This document shows positions 48,101 through 61,132 of a DNA stretch of 64,000 bases, piece after piece. Below the pieces are notes generated by a model that did not search any database, had not been told where the DNA came from, and worked only from the letters and a program-made list of their open reading frames with translations. The stretch covers positions 32,589,455-32,653,454 of the forward strand of contig CP154954.1 of the NCBI GenBank assembly GCA_039621445.1. Reading direction: 5' to 3'. The stretch comes from Euglena gracilis (taxonomy: Eukaryota). The position numbers were made by a program, and so were the translations under genes. The number at the start of each line of letters is the position of its first letter. Position 1 is the stretch's first letter.

Positions 48101-51100
48101 CACACAATTCATTTTTTGAGGCACTGTTGGCCAAAGTCCCTGATTTTTTTTAAAAAAATCGAAATCGAAGTCTCACACAATGAAAGCTGCCAAAAAGGAT
48201 TTTCACCGAGGGGGTAGCGTGGGACTTAGGCCTTGGGGTGGAGTGCCCAGAGTTTGTTTTGTTTGGAATCGTTTTTCGGATTTTGTGTCCAAAGACCCGT
48301 TCCCCATGCTTGTCGGAGGAAAGGGGTGGGGGTTGTTCCCCGTAGACCTGATTTTTCAGAGTCCCCCAAGGTGCCCGATATTATGGCTGGGGGGGGTTAG
48401 ACTCGTAACGCAGATTTTCAAAAAAAAAAAGGCGACAGGACCCGTTTCAAAAAAAACCAGAATTTTCGCCCCCCACAAAAAAATTAAAAAAACAGAATTT
48501 TCTCTCCCCGTTTTTGCACGGGGGGGGGGGGGGGGAAAAAAAACGGGTCCGACTAACGTCGCAAGGGAGGGGGTGTCGGCTGCCGCTGGCGTCGGCAGCC
48601 ACAAAATTCCCAAAAATTCCCAAAAAACCCCCGGTAGGAATAACCAAAGCAAGTCAACCGCCACGCGATTGGAATTGGAACCCCAGCAATTTCCAGGAAG
48701 AATTTTCAGAATTCGATTTGAGAATCACAGAAGTAGAAAAGTCAATTGAGAATTGAAGAATCAAAAGAGACAATTCCAAAGAAGCCAAGGCATTCATTTC
48801 CATATTATTTTTTCCTCTCAACTCCTGAACTCAAAGGTACTCACCTACCCTCTCCAGCCAGGTTTGTTTTGTGCTGTGATTTGCTCACCTAAGTAGGTGG
48901 GTTGGTTTTGTCATTGTTGAATTTCATCCTGAAAGTTCAAAGTTGGAAAATGGGAAAAAAACAACAATGGAGGGAAAAAAAGATCCTACGCGGGGCAACT
49001 GCGGACCCCGGGTCGGGGGGGCACACCTCACCCCCTTTACCGCCGGTTGGCATGTTCGAAAACGGGTCCCAATTTCAGAAAGGCCCTGGCCTGAGCCCTC
49101 CAGGGCCGGAAAAAAGTGGTTGCGGCCCCGGCAGCCCCCCCGGGGGGCGAGCGGGGTCCCCGACCCCCAACAAGGGGCAGAGGTGAACCTGGTCCGAAGA
49201 GGCATGCTACCCAGCACATACCTCCTGCCTGCCCCCAAGCCCCTGTCCCTGGTGACGGCTAGTGGAGCCAAGATAGAAGGGGGGGAACGTGAGGCAACCC
49301 TGGGCCTGGTCCTCCGGCGGGAGGGGGGCCTGGGTCAGGGGGAAGGGGCCTTGTGGACGGCCCCAGCCTCCTTCTATGAGGCAGACATCCACGTGGAGGC
49401 CATCATCGGCTTTCCGTGGCTGGAGGAAAACCAGCTGGGGTGTTACCACATCTCCGAGCCTTGGCATTGAGGGGAGAGCAGGTGGTCCTCCTTCGGCGAC
49501 ATGATGCGGAGGGTGAGCAAGTTCAGCCAGCAGCCCACAAAAAGGCACAAAGGCGAGTGAAAATGGTGGAAAGAGTCAGAGCACTGCGGCCTGCTTTGCC
49601 AGAGGCAGCCCTGGGGGAGGACACCGAGGAGCCTGAGTGGGAGGAAAACCCCCTGCACGACGATGAGGCGACCCAGGAGACAGTGGCCAAGGAACTCCTG
49701 TGGGCAGCCCGGGAGGTCGAAGCACGGGCAGCCCAAGGGGTCATCCTTGTTGCCGAAGGGGAACAGGTGACCAGCCAGCGGGCTGAGGAGCTCCGGGCAG
49801 CCCTCCGGAGGGACTTCGAGGGGGAGGTTCTCCGGGACAGGATTTGGGGGGAAAGAATCGTTCGGGGGCCCCTGGGGGAAGGGAAAATCGAATTAAAACC
49901 GGGATCTGTGGCAAAGAAACAGAGGCCCATCCACCTGACGGGGGAGAGGCACAGGGCCTTGTGTGACCTAGTGGATGAGTGGGTTCGGGACAAGAAGGTG
50001 GAGGAGGGGGTGCCAAGTGCCTGGAGCAGCCCCACATTCGTGGTGGCCAAGAAACAACGGAAGTGGCGTGGGGTTGTGGATTTCCGGGCATTAAACGAGG
50101 CCACAGTGACGGATGCCTACCCCCTCCCCAGGATTGAAGACATCCTGGTGAGCCAGGGACGGAGGTACCTGTTCTCCGTCCTTGATCTCAAGGATGCCTT
50201 CCATCAGGTGCCCCTGCACGAAGACTCACGCCCATACACCTGCTGCAGCACCCTCCGAGGGTCCAAGCAGTGGTGTGTGGTCGTGATGGGCCTCAAAAAT
50301 GGAGTGGCCATTTTTCAGCGGGTGATCGACTACTCGCTGAGGGAAGTGGCTGATGTCGCCAACCCATACGTTGACGACATCATCGTGGTGTGGCACGGAG
50401 GAAGCTACCATGGAGGCACACGACCAGGACACCAGGCGAGTGTTAGGGGCACTGAGGAAACACCGCCTAGTCGTGGACAAAAACAAGTGCCGCTTCTTCG
50501 TAAGAGAAGTGGAATTCTGTGGCCACATTCTGGGGGGAGGAAAATGGAGGCCAGCACCGGGCAAACTCATGGCGCTGGAGAAGTGGGAGGAGCTCCGCAC
50601 GATCACAGCCCTCAGGGGCTTTCTGGGCTTCACCAACTACTACTCCAGCTACGTGAAGGAGTATGCCCGGTATGCAGCCCCCCTGATGGAACTCCTCAAG
50701 GTGGGACGTGTGGAAGGGGAAAAAGGCAGCAAAAAACCTGTGAAATTCGGCCAAGTGGAACGGGAGGCCTTCACCGCCCTGAAGCAGGAGCTCCTCCGCG
50801 GATTGGAGCTCCATACCATCAACCCGGACCAGCCATTCATCCTCCGGGTTGATGCGAGCGACAAGGCGGTGGGGGCAGCCCTGGAACAGTTTTTGGAGCC
50901 AACAGAGGGGATGCCCACAGCCGTGGAAGCCAATACACGGAAAACCGTGCCTGTGGCCTTCTGCTCCAGGAAACTCACGGCTGGACAGGTGAAAAGCTGG
51001 TCTCCGCGAGAGAAGGAGACCTACGCCATCATCCTGGACCTCCAGAAATGGGCCTCCTACATCGGCCTGCAGCCGGTGTTGGTCCTCACGGACCACAAGT

Positions 51101-54100
51101 CCCTGGAGGCCTGGGCCAAGGAAACCCTGGACACGCCCAGCGGACCTGCGGGAAGGCGGGGACGCTGGCATGAAATGTTCTCCCTATTTGACCTTCACGT
51201 GGTCTACATCCTGGTAAAGGAAAACGTGGTGGCGGATGCCCTCAGCCGGTGGGCATATCCTGCCTCCAAGGCATTTGCCGACATCAGCCTCCACGGGAGC
51301 GAGGAGGATGATGAGGCAATGAGGGCCATGATCGAAGAAGAACGGAGGGAAGAGCGGGAATGCGGGACACCGCACGGAGGGGAGGAACTCCACGTGGCGG
51401 TAACAACAGGCAGCGGGAGAGACACATCGCAGGCGGAACGGGCAGCAAAGCACAAACCTGCCCCAGCACCACAGATGGGGAGGGGGCTGAGGATTCAGTG
51501 CCAGGGGGCCCTGGACCTGACCCCACAGGGGGGGAGGGGCCTGTGGACGCCCCCTCGGGAGATTCGGGTCCCATCCTCGCGGGAGGGGAGGGGCCTGGTG
51601 TACCTGGGTTGGACACGCGGGAGACACGAGGTTCCCCACGTGCCCATCTTTTCGTGGATGAATTCGGGAATGAACAGCCGGCAAGAAGGGCGGGACCTGA
51701 GGAACACCAACCAGGGCGAAGAGTTCTGAGTGAGGACCTGCAGCCAAACCCCCTCATCGATGATCCCCACGGGGGGATCTCGGGGAACCTGTGGGGGAAC
51801 CAATTTCATTTTCTCCAGACACGGGGGTGCACACCCAGGAGGAGGTGGAGGAGGATCCCTCCATCCCAGTGATGGAAAGGGATTAGTCACGGGTCATATG
51901 AAAATTGCCCTGTGTGGGGGCCTGTTTATGCAACTGTGCAGGCCCCTGCAGGAGAGTGGCCTGAGGGAGTCCGTCTGTAGGAGGACAAAATGTACACGGA
52001 CGGGCTCCTCTGTGTGCCCACCAGCCTGATGGGGCTCGTGGTCCGGGCCCGCCACGGGGACGCGGGCCACCCAGGAGCCTCCAGGCTCTGGCACCAGATG
52101 GGGCGGTGGTACAGGTTCGCTGATCCAAGGGGGGTTGAGAAAATCACCCAAGGCATCCAGCGGCAATGTGAAATCTGCCAAGCCTGTGACCCCTCTCGAG
52201 CACCTTTCAAGTGTGCTCTCGAAGCCACCCCTGTGCCACCGTTCCTCATGGACAGTGTGGCAGTGGACCTGTTCGCCATGCCTGAGGTGACACACGAGGG
52301 CCAGGTGTATGATCACCTGGCCCTGTGCGTGGACCGTGAGAGTGGGTGGACAGTGGCCACCCCCCACAAGTACAAGGGCCTGACAGCTGAGGTGGTGGCC
52401 AAGGCCATGTTCCGCCACTGGGACATGTTTGGGGTGCCCTCTGTGGTGACCTCGGACCGTGGCCCCCACTTCGCTTCGGCTTGGTGGCAAACAATGTGCG
52501 CCGCCATGGGGGTGAGGCGTGCCTAAGGGCAGGCCTACCACCACCAGGCCAACGGTCGGGCAGAGGTGGCAGGCCAACGGGTGATGAACACCCTGTCCAA
52601 GCTCATCGCCGACCTGTCGGAGAAGGAGGCCTCATGGGTGGTGCTGTTACCCAGGGTCCTCCGGCACCTGCACGATGTGCCAGGGGAGTCCGGCTTGTCG
52701 CCCTACGAGGTGGTCTTCGGGCGGCACCGGCCACTCCAAGGCCTGCCCCACCAGCCCCCACGAGAGGCCGAGGGGGCAGCCGACTTCGTGGCACGGATGC
52801 GGGCTATGGCCTCAACCTTGAATGCCCTGCACGCCAAACGGTGGGCTTCCATCAACGCCAAGAGAAGGGACCCACCTCCCCTGGAGGTCGGTGGCAAGGT
52901 GTGGTACCGCCCCGAGACACAGCCGCGCACAGACAAGTTGGCCAGCAAGTGGAAAAGGGGGACTGTGGCGGCCCGCCGGGGTCGCCGCTCGTATGTGGTG
53001 GAGCTGGCCCCGGGGGTCCGCCAAGAGGCACACCGGAGCCAACTCAAGCTCCACACAGAGGATGAGTTCTCCACCGACCCCCTCCCACTTTTCTATTTCA
53101 ACGACAAGGCGGCCCCCCTGGAGGTGGGCCCGGATGAGTGGGTGGTGGAGGAGATCGTGGGCAGCCGGAACAACCCGGAAACGGGCGTCCCGGAATTTCA
53201 GGTGAGGTGGAAAAATTGGGATCCGACGGATCTCCAATGGCTGCCATGGTCGGATTTCTTCCCATCCTACAACGAGGATGTGGTGGACTATTGTGCAGCG
53301 AAGGGGATCCCGTTGGAGGTGGTGGGACTTCTCCGCCCCGGGAGGAAAGGGGGGCGGGGTCGAAGGCAATAGGGGGAGGGTTTTAGGTGGAAGCAGGGGG
53401 AAGTTGGGTGCGGGGACTGTGGTGGTGGCGGAGCACCCCTACGTCCCTGGCCCTGATTCTGATTTTGTTTGTGTGATTGTTATTCGTGTCTTCGCAGGTT
53501 CAACTTCAATTTCAAATTCAGATTTCAAACCCCTGCGACTGCCCCTTGGCTACGGGCGTGGGGCCGGTGGCCCCAGAAGCCGGGGGCCTGGTGGCCCTCT
53601 CAAGGGGACAGGACGGCCGGGCGGGGCGAGGAGGCCGCACAACTGCACGGGGGGGGGCTCCCATCCCCAAGGGCCCCTGGGGGGCGCACATTCTCCCCTC
53701 CCAGGGCTGGCCTCGCCCAACACCCGCGGCCACAGAGCGCCTGCCCAGGGCGAGTGCCCCCCGGCGCCCACTCGCCGCACGTGCTCAACACCGCACGGTG
53801 CAGCACCCGGGCGCCGAGGGGGCCCACGAGGCCGCTAGGGCCCAAGGGGGGGCCTCGAGCCTCTGCATTCCTTCAGTTCTGCCCTTCACATCACCGTTTG
53901 ATTTCTTTTTCGATTTCAGTTCTGAATTTTGGAGGGCCCCGCCAAGGCGGGGGGGCTGACGGCGGACACCCCTCCTCGGCCCACCATGCCGGGGGGGGGG
54001 GGGGGCACCTACCATTTTAACCAATTTTTGATGGTTGGCCACACACCTCTTCGGCCCACCGTGCCGAGGGAGGGGGGGGGGCGCCTGCCAATTCTTCCCT

Positions 54101-55949
54101 ATTTTTGACGGTTGGCTGCCCCCCTCATCGGCCAACCGTGCCGACGGAAAGGGGCGGGCGGCCAGGGCGCCTGCCGATTTTTTTGCTGTTGTCCACACCC
54201 CTCCTCGGCCCACCATGTCGGGGGAGGGGGGGGGGGGCGTCTGCTGATTTTCCACTTTTTTTAAAAAAAAATACACCCCGTCGGCCAATTTTTGAAGTTA
54301 ACCACGCCAAGGGGGGGGGGGAAGCGCCAAACCCCCTCCGCATCGGAGGGAGCGGGGGGGGGGCAGCCCCCAGCCCCCCTCTCAAGAGGACGGGCCACGG
54401 CCAAGGCGGCCCAGCCCACCACGCGGAGGGGGGGCGTCCCCGCCCCCCTCCGCGGGGGGGGGGGGGCAGCCCCCTCCTCCAAGGAACGGGCCCCACCCAA
54501 GACGCCTCCCCGGCGCCCCCTCCAGCACGCACCCCTGCCAAGCCCCCGGGGGCCTTTTGCCCCGGGATACCGGGCAAGGCGGGGCGGCCCTGCTGGGTTG
54601 GTCAAATGTTTCCTTCCCAACATGCAAGAGCTTTCCACCCCAGGCCAAGCGGGGCCTGGGGGGGATCACAATTACACATTGGCATCGAGTGTTTCGGGGG
54701 GGGGGGCAGTCCGCCCCTACCCCTGGGCCAAGAAGGCTCACGGGACCGGAGGGGGAGCGGAGGGGCCCCAAGCGGTGCCTTCCCGGGTCACGAGCCCGGA
54801 GGCGCCCGTCCCCCTTCTCGCCCCTCCCCTGTACCCCCTCCCCGACAGCACGCGCCACACACGGCACGTGGCGCCACCGCTTGTGCGTTTCAACAAGAAA
54901 AAAATACAATTTTTTTCAGAGGCGGGAAAGCAAAAAGGGGGGGGCGGCACCTCGGACCGGCAAAGGAGTCCAATTTAAATTGCACGGCAATTTTTTTGAG
55001 GAGGGGAGTGTGCGCGGTCCGAGGGTGCCCGCCCCAAGGAGGGGTCCCAAGGGGGCCCAAAGGGGCCACGAAGGGCCGCGAGGGGGCTCCAAGGCCCCCA
55101 AGGGCCTTTTGAGGCCCCGCTGGCCCCCAAGGGGGCCCCACAGCCCATTTTGACCAAGCCAAGGGAAGGTAAAGGAGGGGGCAGGTTGAGAGGGCCAACA
55201 GGCAACCCCCAAGGGGATGCGCAAGCCCTGCTGGGCTTTGCGCATGCATGCGCACCCCCTTGGTGGGCGCTCAGATGGCGCAATTCATTAGGAATTGCGC
55301 AAAGTATACCAAGTAGCCCCCCCCAGCTGTAGCCCCCCTCCAATTGTACATTTTCTGTTCACAGTGCTCTGTTCACACTCTGTCATTGTGTTCACAAATT
55401 GTTTTCTTGCAAGTCAATTCAAGGACAAATGAAGGAAATACAAATAACAAATTTCAAGTTCAAGTCTCATTGATCAAGAATTGAAGTTCATTTGTAAAGA
55501 CAAGGTATGTCTTTTACCCATTATTCAACATCTCCATCTACACCAACACCCACCCCTACCCTACTTTTTCAACAAGGAGAAAACCCCCACCAGGTGGGCC
55601 CGACGGGCTCAAATTTTACGGATCCTACGCGGGTTGCGCCGCCAGGGGTCCCTTCACAGGTACCTCAGGAGGGTCAACCCTTACACCCTGTCAATTTCCC
55701 ATCTGCTGATGGGGTCTGCCAGGCATTCTTCTGAAGGTACCCAGTTGACTTGGAGGTTGAATTGGTGCTCCATGCACCACTTGAAAAATGGTCTCAGCAT
55801 TTTGTTGAAGGCGTCCTTTCTGCCCCCACCTTTTGTTAGGTAAAAGTAAATTACCTGGTTGTCCACTGACAAGGAAACGGTTTCCCCAGGTTTGCTCAAA
55901 CTTTTCACAGTGCTGATTGCTGCACTGAGCTCCTTAACACTGATGTGCA
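45128..55949 (+). repeat. Second unit of a ~10.8 kb tandem duplication of 34322-45124
   Basis: Colinear copies: A LTR 46994-48099, C LTR 48574-49172, B pol 49173-53372, B LTR 55009-55685. Confidence 0.95.
49173..53372 (+). pseudogene. pol: Element B pol, duplicate copy
   Basis: Same motifs as 38346-42546; private frameshift near 49437 and TAG at 51978. Confidence 0.92.
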
Positions 55950-56504
55950 AAAATGGAGTCTTATCTCCAAAATTCCTGCACAATTTCTCCTGTGTGGATG
56001 TCTAGCCCCCCCCCCCCCAAGCATGGGTGCTGCTGTCTGAGTGCAACACTCAGGCTGCGTCTTGAGGGAATGGTCTGCCCCCCAGGTGTCCAGCAGAATT
56101 TTTATTTCCATTAATTGGGCATTGATTTCCTGGGAAATGGGGTGTTATGAGTCCCAGGGGGCTGTGGATTTTGCCACCAAAAAATTTGCCATGGTGTCTG
56201 TAAAAGCCCTTAAATAGGGCAGGGCCATTAGGTTGCATCTTATTTTGCCCAAAATGGAAGCCAATTGCCTTTTTGACATCTAATCCTTTTTCACAATTTT
56301 TCCCAGCTCCATTTTTATGGATTTGACTTTCTGGGGGGGCACCTGTAGTTTTCCTTCCTGGAAGTTTCAGTTGAAAACCCAGATGGGTTACCACTTGGGT
56401 GGGCTGGAGGGTGGACTTTTTCACATTGATTTTGAACCCAGAATTCAGCAAATCTTTGACAACTGTTTTCAGGTGATTTTGTGAATTGTTTTGGGTGGGG
56501 GCCA
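55686..56504 (-). mobile_element. DIRS minus copy, RT C-terminus and RNase H (5'-truncated)
   Basis: SGFKINVKKS, HLGF, HISVKEL, VDNQ, LADPISR; reverse complement of ~58027-58842. Confidence 0.9.
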
Positions 56505-57369
56505 AAGTGATGGCCACGGACCCTGGCAGACAGTGGTCAGAAAACCCCGAAAGGGGCAGAAGCAACAACCAGCAGGCCACCAAGGCCATTGGAGCCAGGG
56601 CCATTGGGGCCAACATTCTGCCAGTTATACCAATACCTTAAAACCTTGTTCAAGCTGGGCCATGGCGGCCACAACAGCAAGCCGGGCCATGGCGGCCAAA
56701 ACTGCAATGGCCATGGCGGCCGATGGAACAAAGGCCAGGGTGGCCAACAATTCCAAGGCCAGGGAGGCCGATTCCACGAACAAATGCCCAGTGGCAGGGC
56801 CAGGACAGGTCCACAACACCCCCCCAGTCATTTCTTCATCTCAAACCCCATCAGGGGTACAGGGTGGGCACCCAGTTGTCCCCCAAAATCTTCAATGGGC
56901 ATGTCGCCCAACATCCAAAAGAAGTCAATGGAGACTATCAAAGTTTCAAGAGTTGAGCCAACATCCAGAGGGCCAGATTTACTATCAACAACATCAACAA
57001 TTTCAAGGCCAATGTGGCCATCAATTATCAGAAGGGGAAAAACCCTAGAAGCTAATAGGCTGTCCCCAGCAGGGGGTTTCAATGTACAGTGGCAGCCCCA
57101 AGAGGATGCCCCCAAAGGGGCAGTGGAGGACAAGGGGGCAACCCACCCTCAAAATTCTTTGTCAGTGCCCATGGCAGGGGCAAACCTAAATAAGGGGGAG
57201 ACCCAAAAGGGGGCCACTATTGTATGTCAATCGACAACACCAATGACAAAGTGGAGGATCAGAGAGCCTGTGAGCAGAGCATGCACACCACTTTTAGAGA
57301 ATGCTCAATCCCCAGGGTCACCAGGGGTGCAATGTCCAACACCCCCCACCCAGCACCCAGAAAATCATC

Positions 57370-58850
57370 TAGTTGGGAAAATACATTCCATGGAGGAAAA
57401 ATGGGGAGACACCCCCCTGTACCAGAGACTTCAGAAAAGTCTAAAATGGTGGACAAAAAATGCCCCCCAGCAACATGTCAATTGATAAAAAATGGAATTC
57501 AACCCCCCTGGGTGAATCCCCCAAAAATTGTCCACCCACCCAAAACCCAGGGCCAACCTGGACCTGAACCAGGCAGAAAAAATTCTGCTGGATTACGAAA
57601 AAAACTGGGTCACTGAAACAAGTTTGGGATTCAGAAACCCAGCATTGATCCCCTGGTTTTTAATCTCCAAACCAGAAGGGGGAACAACCAAATGGAGAAT
57701 GATCAGCGACTGCAGAGAAATAAATCAGCAGTTTCAAGTAAAACCCTCCAAGTTGGATCATATCCAACACATTTTTCCAGTTTTGAAAAAAGGCCACTGG
57801 GCAGCAAAAATAGACCTAAAGGAGGCCTATTTTCATTTTCCAGTAACTCCAGGCCTCAGGCCATTTTTTAGGCATCCGGTAGGGGGGCAGAACTGTTAAT
57901 TTCAAACAGGCTGCTTTGGGCTAAATGTAATGCCCCAAATTTTCATGTCAGTCATGAAAAAATTCGAATAACTGTGGAGAAAAAGGGGCATCCAGGTGTT
58001 TATTTACCTGGACGACATTTTGCTGGTGGCCCCCACCCAAAACAATTCACAAAATCACCTGAAAACAGTTGTCAAAGATTTGCTGAATTCTGGGTTCAAA
58101 ATCAATGTGAAAAAGTCCACCCTCCAGCCCACCCAAGTGGTAACCCATCTGGGTTTTCAACTGAAACTTCCAGGAAGGAAAGCTACAGGTGCCCCCCCAG
58201 AAAGTCAAATCCATAAAAATGGAGCTGGGAAAAATTGTGAAAAAGGATTACATGTCAAAAAGGCAATTGGCTGTCATTTTGGGCAAAATAAGATGCAACC
58301 TAATGGCCCTGCCCTTTTTAAGGGCTTTTGCAGACACCATGGCAAATTTTTTGGTGGCAAAATCCACAGCCCCCTGGGACTCATAACACCCCATTTCCCA
58401 GGAAATAAAAGCCCAATTAAGGGAAATAAAAATTCTGCTGGACACCTGGGAGGCAGACCATTCCCTCAAAACGCAACCAGAGTGTTGCACTCAGACAGCA
58501 GAACCCATGCTTGGGAGGGGGGTTAGACATCCACACAGGAGAAATTGTGCAGCAATTTTGGAGAAAAGACTCCATTTTTGCACATCAATGTTAAGGAGCT
58601 CAGTGCAGCAATCAGCACTGTGAAAAGTTTGAGCAAACCTGGGGAAACCGTTTCCTTGTCAGTGGACAACCAGGCAATTTACTTTTACCTAACAAAAGGT
58701 GGGGGCAGAAAGGACCCCTTCAACAAAATGCAGAGACCATTTTTCAAGTGGTGCATGCAGCACCAAGTACACCTCCAAGTCAACTGGGTACCTTCAGAAG
58801 AATGCCTGGCAGACCCCATCAGCAGATGGGAAATGGACAGGGGGGGTTAT
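57370..58850 (+). pseudogene. DIRS reverse transcriptase and RNase H
   Basis: FLISK...WRMISDCREIN, KIDLKEAYFH, YLDD (58005-58016), HINVKEL, VDNQ, LADPISR; many frameshifts. Confidence 0.9.
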
Positions 58851-58904
58851 CCTTTAGACCCCCAAACTTTTTCAATGGCTCAAACAACAGTTCAAAATTT
58901 TCAT

Positions 58905-59346
58905 AAGTCTGGAAACAGATTTGTTTGCCTCCCCGGGCAACAAAAAACTGCCCAATTTTGTGGCCAGGTGGCCACTGGGATGCCACAGCAGTAAATGCAG
59001 TACAATGTCCACTGGACAACATGGGGGATCTTTATGCAAACCCCCCCTCGTCAATAATTCAACAAGTTCTACCCAGGTGAAAATGTTTCCCCAGACCAAA
59101 GTTTTGATGGTGACCCCCTACTGGGATTCAGCCACGTGGTGGCCCCAATTAATAGAAATGAAAGTTCCAGGGACCTCCTTCCTGAAAATCACCCTCTACA
59201 GGGGCATGTTCACCAACTGCAGAGGGGAGCAAATGCCACCCCCCAGGTGGCCCCTGGTTTGCATGATTTGCTCAGGCAAGTTTTGGAGGGGAAACAAATT
59301 CAGGTTGAGACCATTCACGATCTCCTGGGGAGAAACCCCAGCTTAA
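58905..59346 (+). pseudogene. DIRS Dam-like N6-adenine MTase domain
   Basis: TDLFASPGNKKLPNF, DLYANPP, VLMVTPYWDSATWWPQL. Confidence 0.8.
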
Positions 59347-60180
59347 AACGTTATCAGAGCGCTTTTGCACTTCTGTGGGTGACTTTGGAACACATGGGGG
59401 TGCCCCCCCCTGAAGCCACCACAGACCAAGTTGGTGACGCTTTAATTCAATTATTCCAATTTTCCAGGGCCCAAGCCCGTAATGCCTACAGTGCTATGCT
59501 TTTGATTCCTGGGTTTGGTGGGCTGAGATTCCACACTCTGTTAACCCCCTACAAGAGGCTTTGGAACCAAAAACCTGGAGACGTATGGGGCATTTTGGGA
59601 CCCCCTCCCAATCCTCCTGAGGCTGGCAAAGGCGCCCATGCCCACTGATATTTGTACATTGCGTATACAACTGATTTTTTGCTCACGAATCCTCTGTTTA
59701 TACCGACCCTCAGACTTATCGCAAGTCAAACGAACCACCAGTGTGTGGGTAGGGTACCCTACAGCAACATTAAGCGTAAAGGACAGAAATTCCATAAGTG
59801 GGAAAGGGTTGTGGCCATTCCCCAATGTCCCCAAAGAAGCCCCTTTCATTTAATGATGAGTTATGTGGCTTCCACACGTTTATTCGTCAGACCTGGGGGC
59901 CCCCCCCTGATTTCATTAAAACCCCCCTTTAGGGGCATAAGTGCTGACACTATTGCTTCCATCACAAAAGACTTTTTTGGCCTAACATGGGGTACTCCCC
60001 CAGGTGTGGGGGGCCCATTCCACCAGGGGGGCAGGGGTTGGTTTACTCAAAAAAATTGGGCCTTTCTGCCCAAGAAGTTTGTGAAATTGGTCAGTGGAGG
60101 GGGGTGGAGGCTTTTACAGCCCACTGTCAACGACTTGGTGCCCAAGGTGCCCTGGAAAATGCCCTGGCCCCCCTAATTTC
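59136..60180 (+). pseudogene. DIRS tyrosine recombinase
   Basis: LYRPSDL, IKRKG, WGAHSTRGAG, EIGQW; catalytic Tyr position is Cys (TGT 60125-60127). Confidence 0.85.
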
Positions 60181-60226
60181 AGTGCACAATCTGGCCTCAC
60201 AAGGGCAAAGTGCGGAGCCCGAGGTG

Positions 60227-60594
60227 TCTCGTACTCCCTCGAGGAAAACCGACAAGGGAGGAAGGGACACCGAGGGCGAAGCACAAAGACCTTGTGAGCC
60301 CGACCCCCCCACCCGTAAAAGAAAATTTGGGTTCAAAAGCCTTCGGTCAGAAAGGTGGGGGCCAGGGGGGGAGAGGGGGGGGACACCCCCCAGGGGCAAG
60401 AAGCCACGTCGCCCAGTCGGAGCAGCATCGTCAGGCAACTCCGGCGAGGCGGCACTAAGCGGGGACTCCTAAACCAGCGCAACGAACAATCCAAACAACA
60501 CCGCCGGCGAGCAAGGCATGGCCTCACAAGGTCTTTGTGCTTCGCCCTCGGTGTCCCTTCCTCCCTTGTCGGTTTTCCTCGAGGGAGTACGAGA
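60227..60594. repeat. Perfect 72-bp inverted repeat (60227-60298 / 60523-60594), DIRS ICR/terminal repeat
   Basis: Base-by-base reverse complement. Confidence 0.92.
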
Positions 60595-61132
60595 AGTACA
60601 CCCAAGCCCATTTTTAGGGCAGAAAAATCTGGGTACTGGGGCTGGACCAAAATGAGGAGCGGGACAGGAGACCCCCAGAGTCAGCAAAACCGCACTTCGA
60701 GACGGTGACCTCACCATCTTCTTGTTCCCTCTGGTCTCTTCCTCCCTCCCCCTTCCTGTGTCGTGGGAGTCCGAGTCCACCTGCCACCGGCCTGGGCATA
60801 TTTCGACCAGAAGTGGGGAAGATGCAATCAAAGCCAAGGTGGTGGCCATGGGGGCCAATTCCGCAACAACTCCCTTCAGTAATGGGCAGAAAAAGTCTGG
60901 CTGGAAAAGGCTACTGGCTGGCTGGACCCCCCACGGGGTCGGGTTTTCTTAAATTAAGCCCTCCTCACAGCTTTTCATTCAACAACGCTCAGTACAGTGA
61001 GAAACATGCGACGCAACAGTGTATGAGAAAGCGAGTCACGATGGAAAGGGTGCAACTTCACAAGGGTTCATGGAGTAGCCGTTCATCGGCGTCCAAAGAC
61101 GCCAGGCCACCTTGCCACTTAAGGCCTGTGGC

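Larger units (their letters stand above)
56505..60594 (+). mobile_element. DIRS-like retrotransposon, plus-strand copy (ORF1 fragment, RT, RH, Dam-MT, YR), degenerate
   Basis: Domain order RT-RH-MT with overlapping YR; terminal inverted repeats; 5' end not seen. Confidence 0.9.

Noticed and set aside
46994-49172. Independent solo LTRs of A and C
   Set aside because: They keep PPTs and identical flanks; they are part of the tandem duplication
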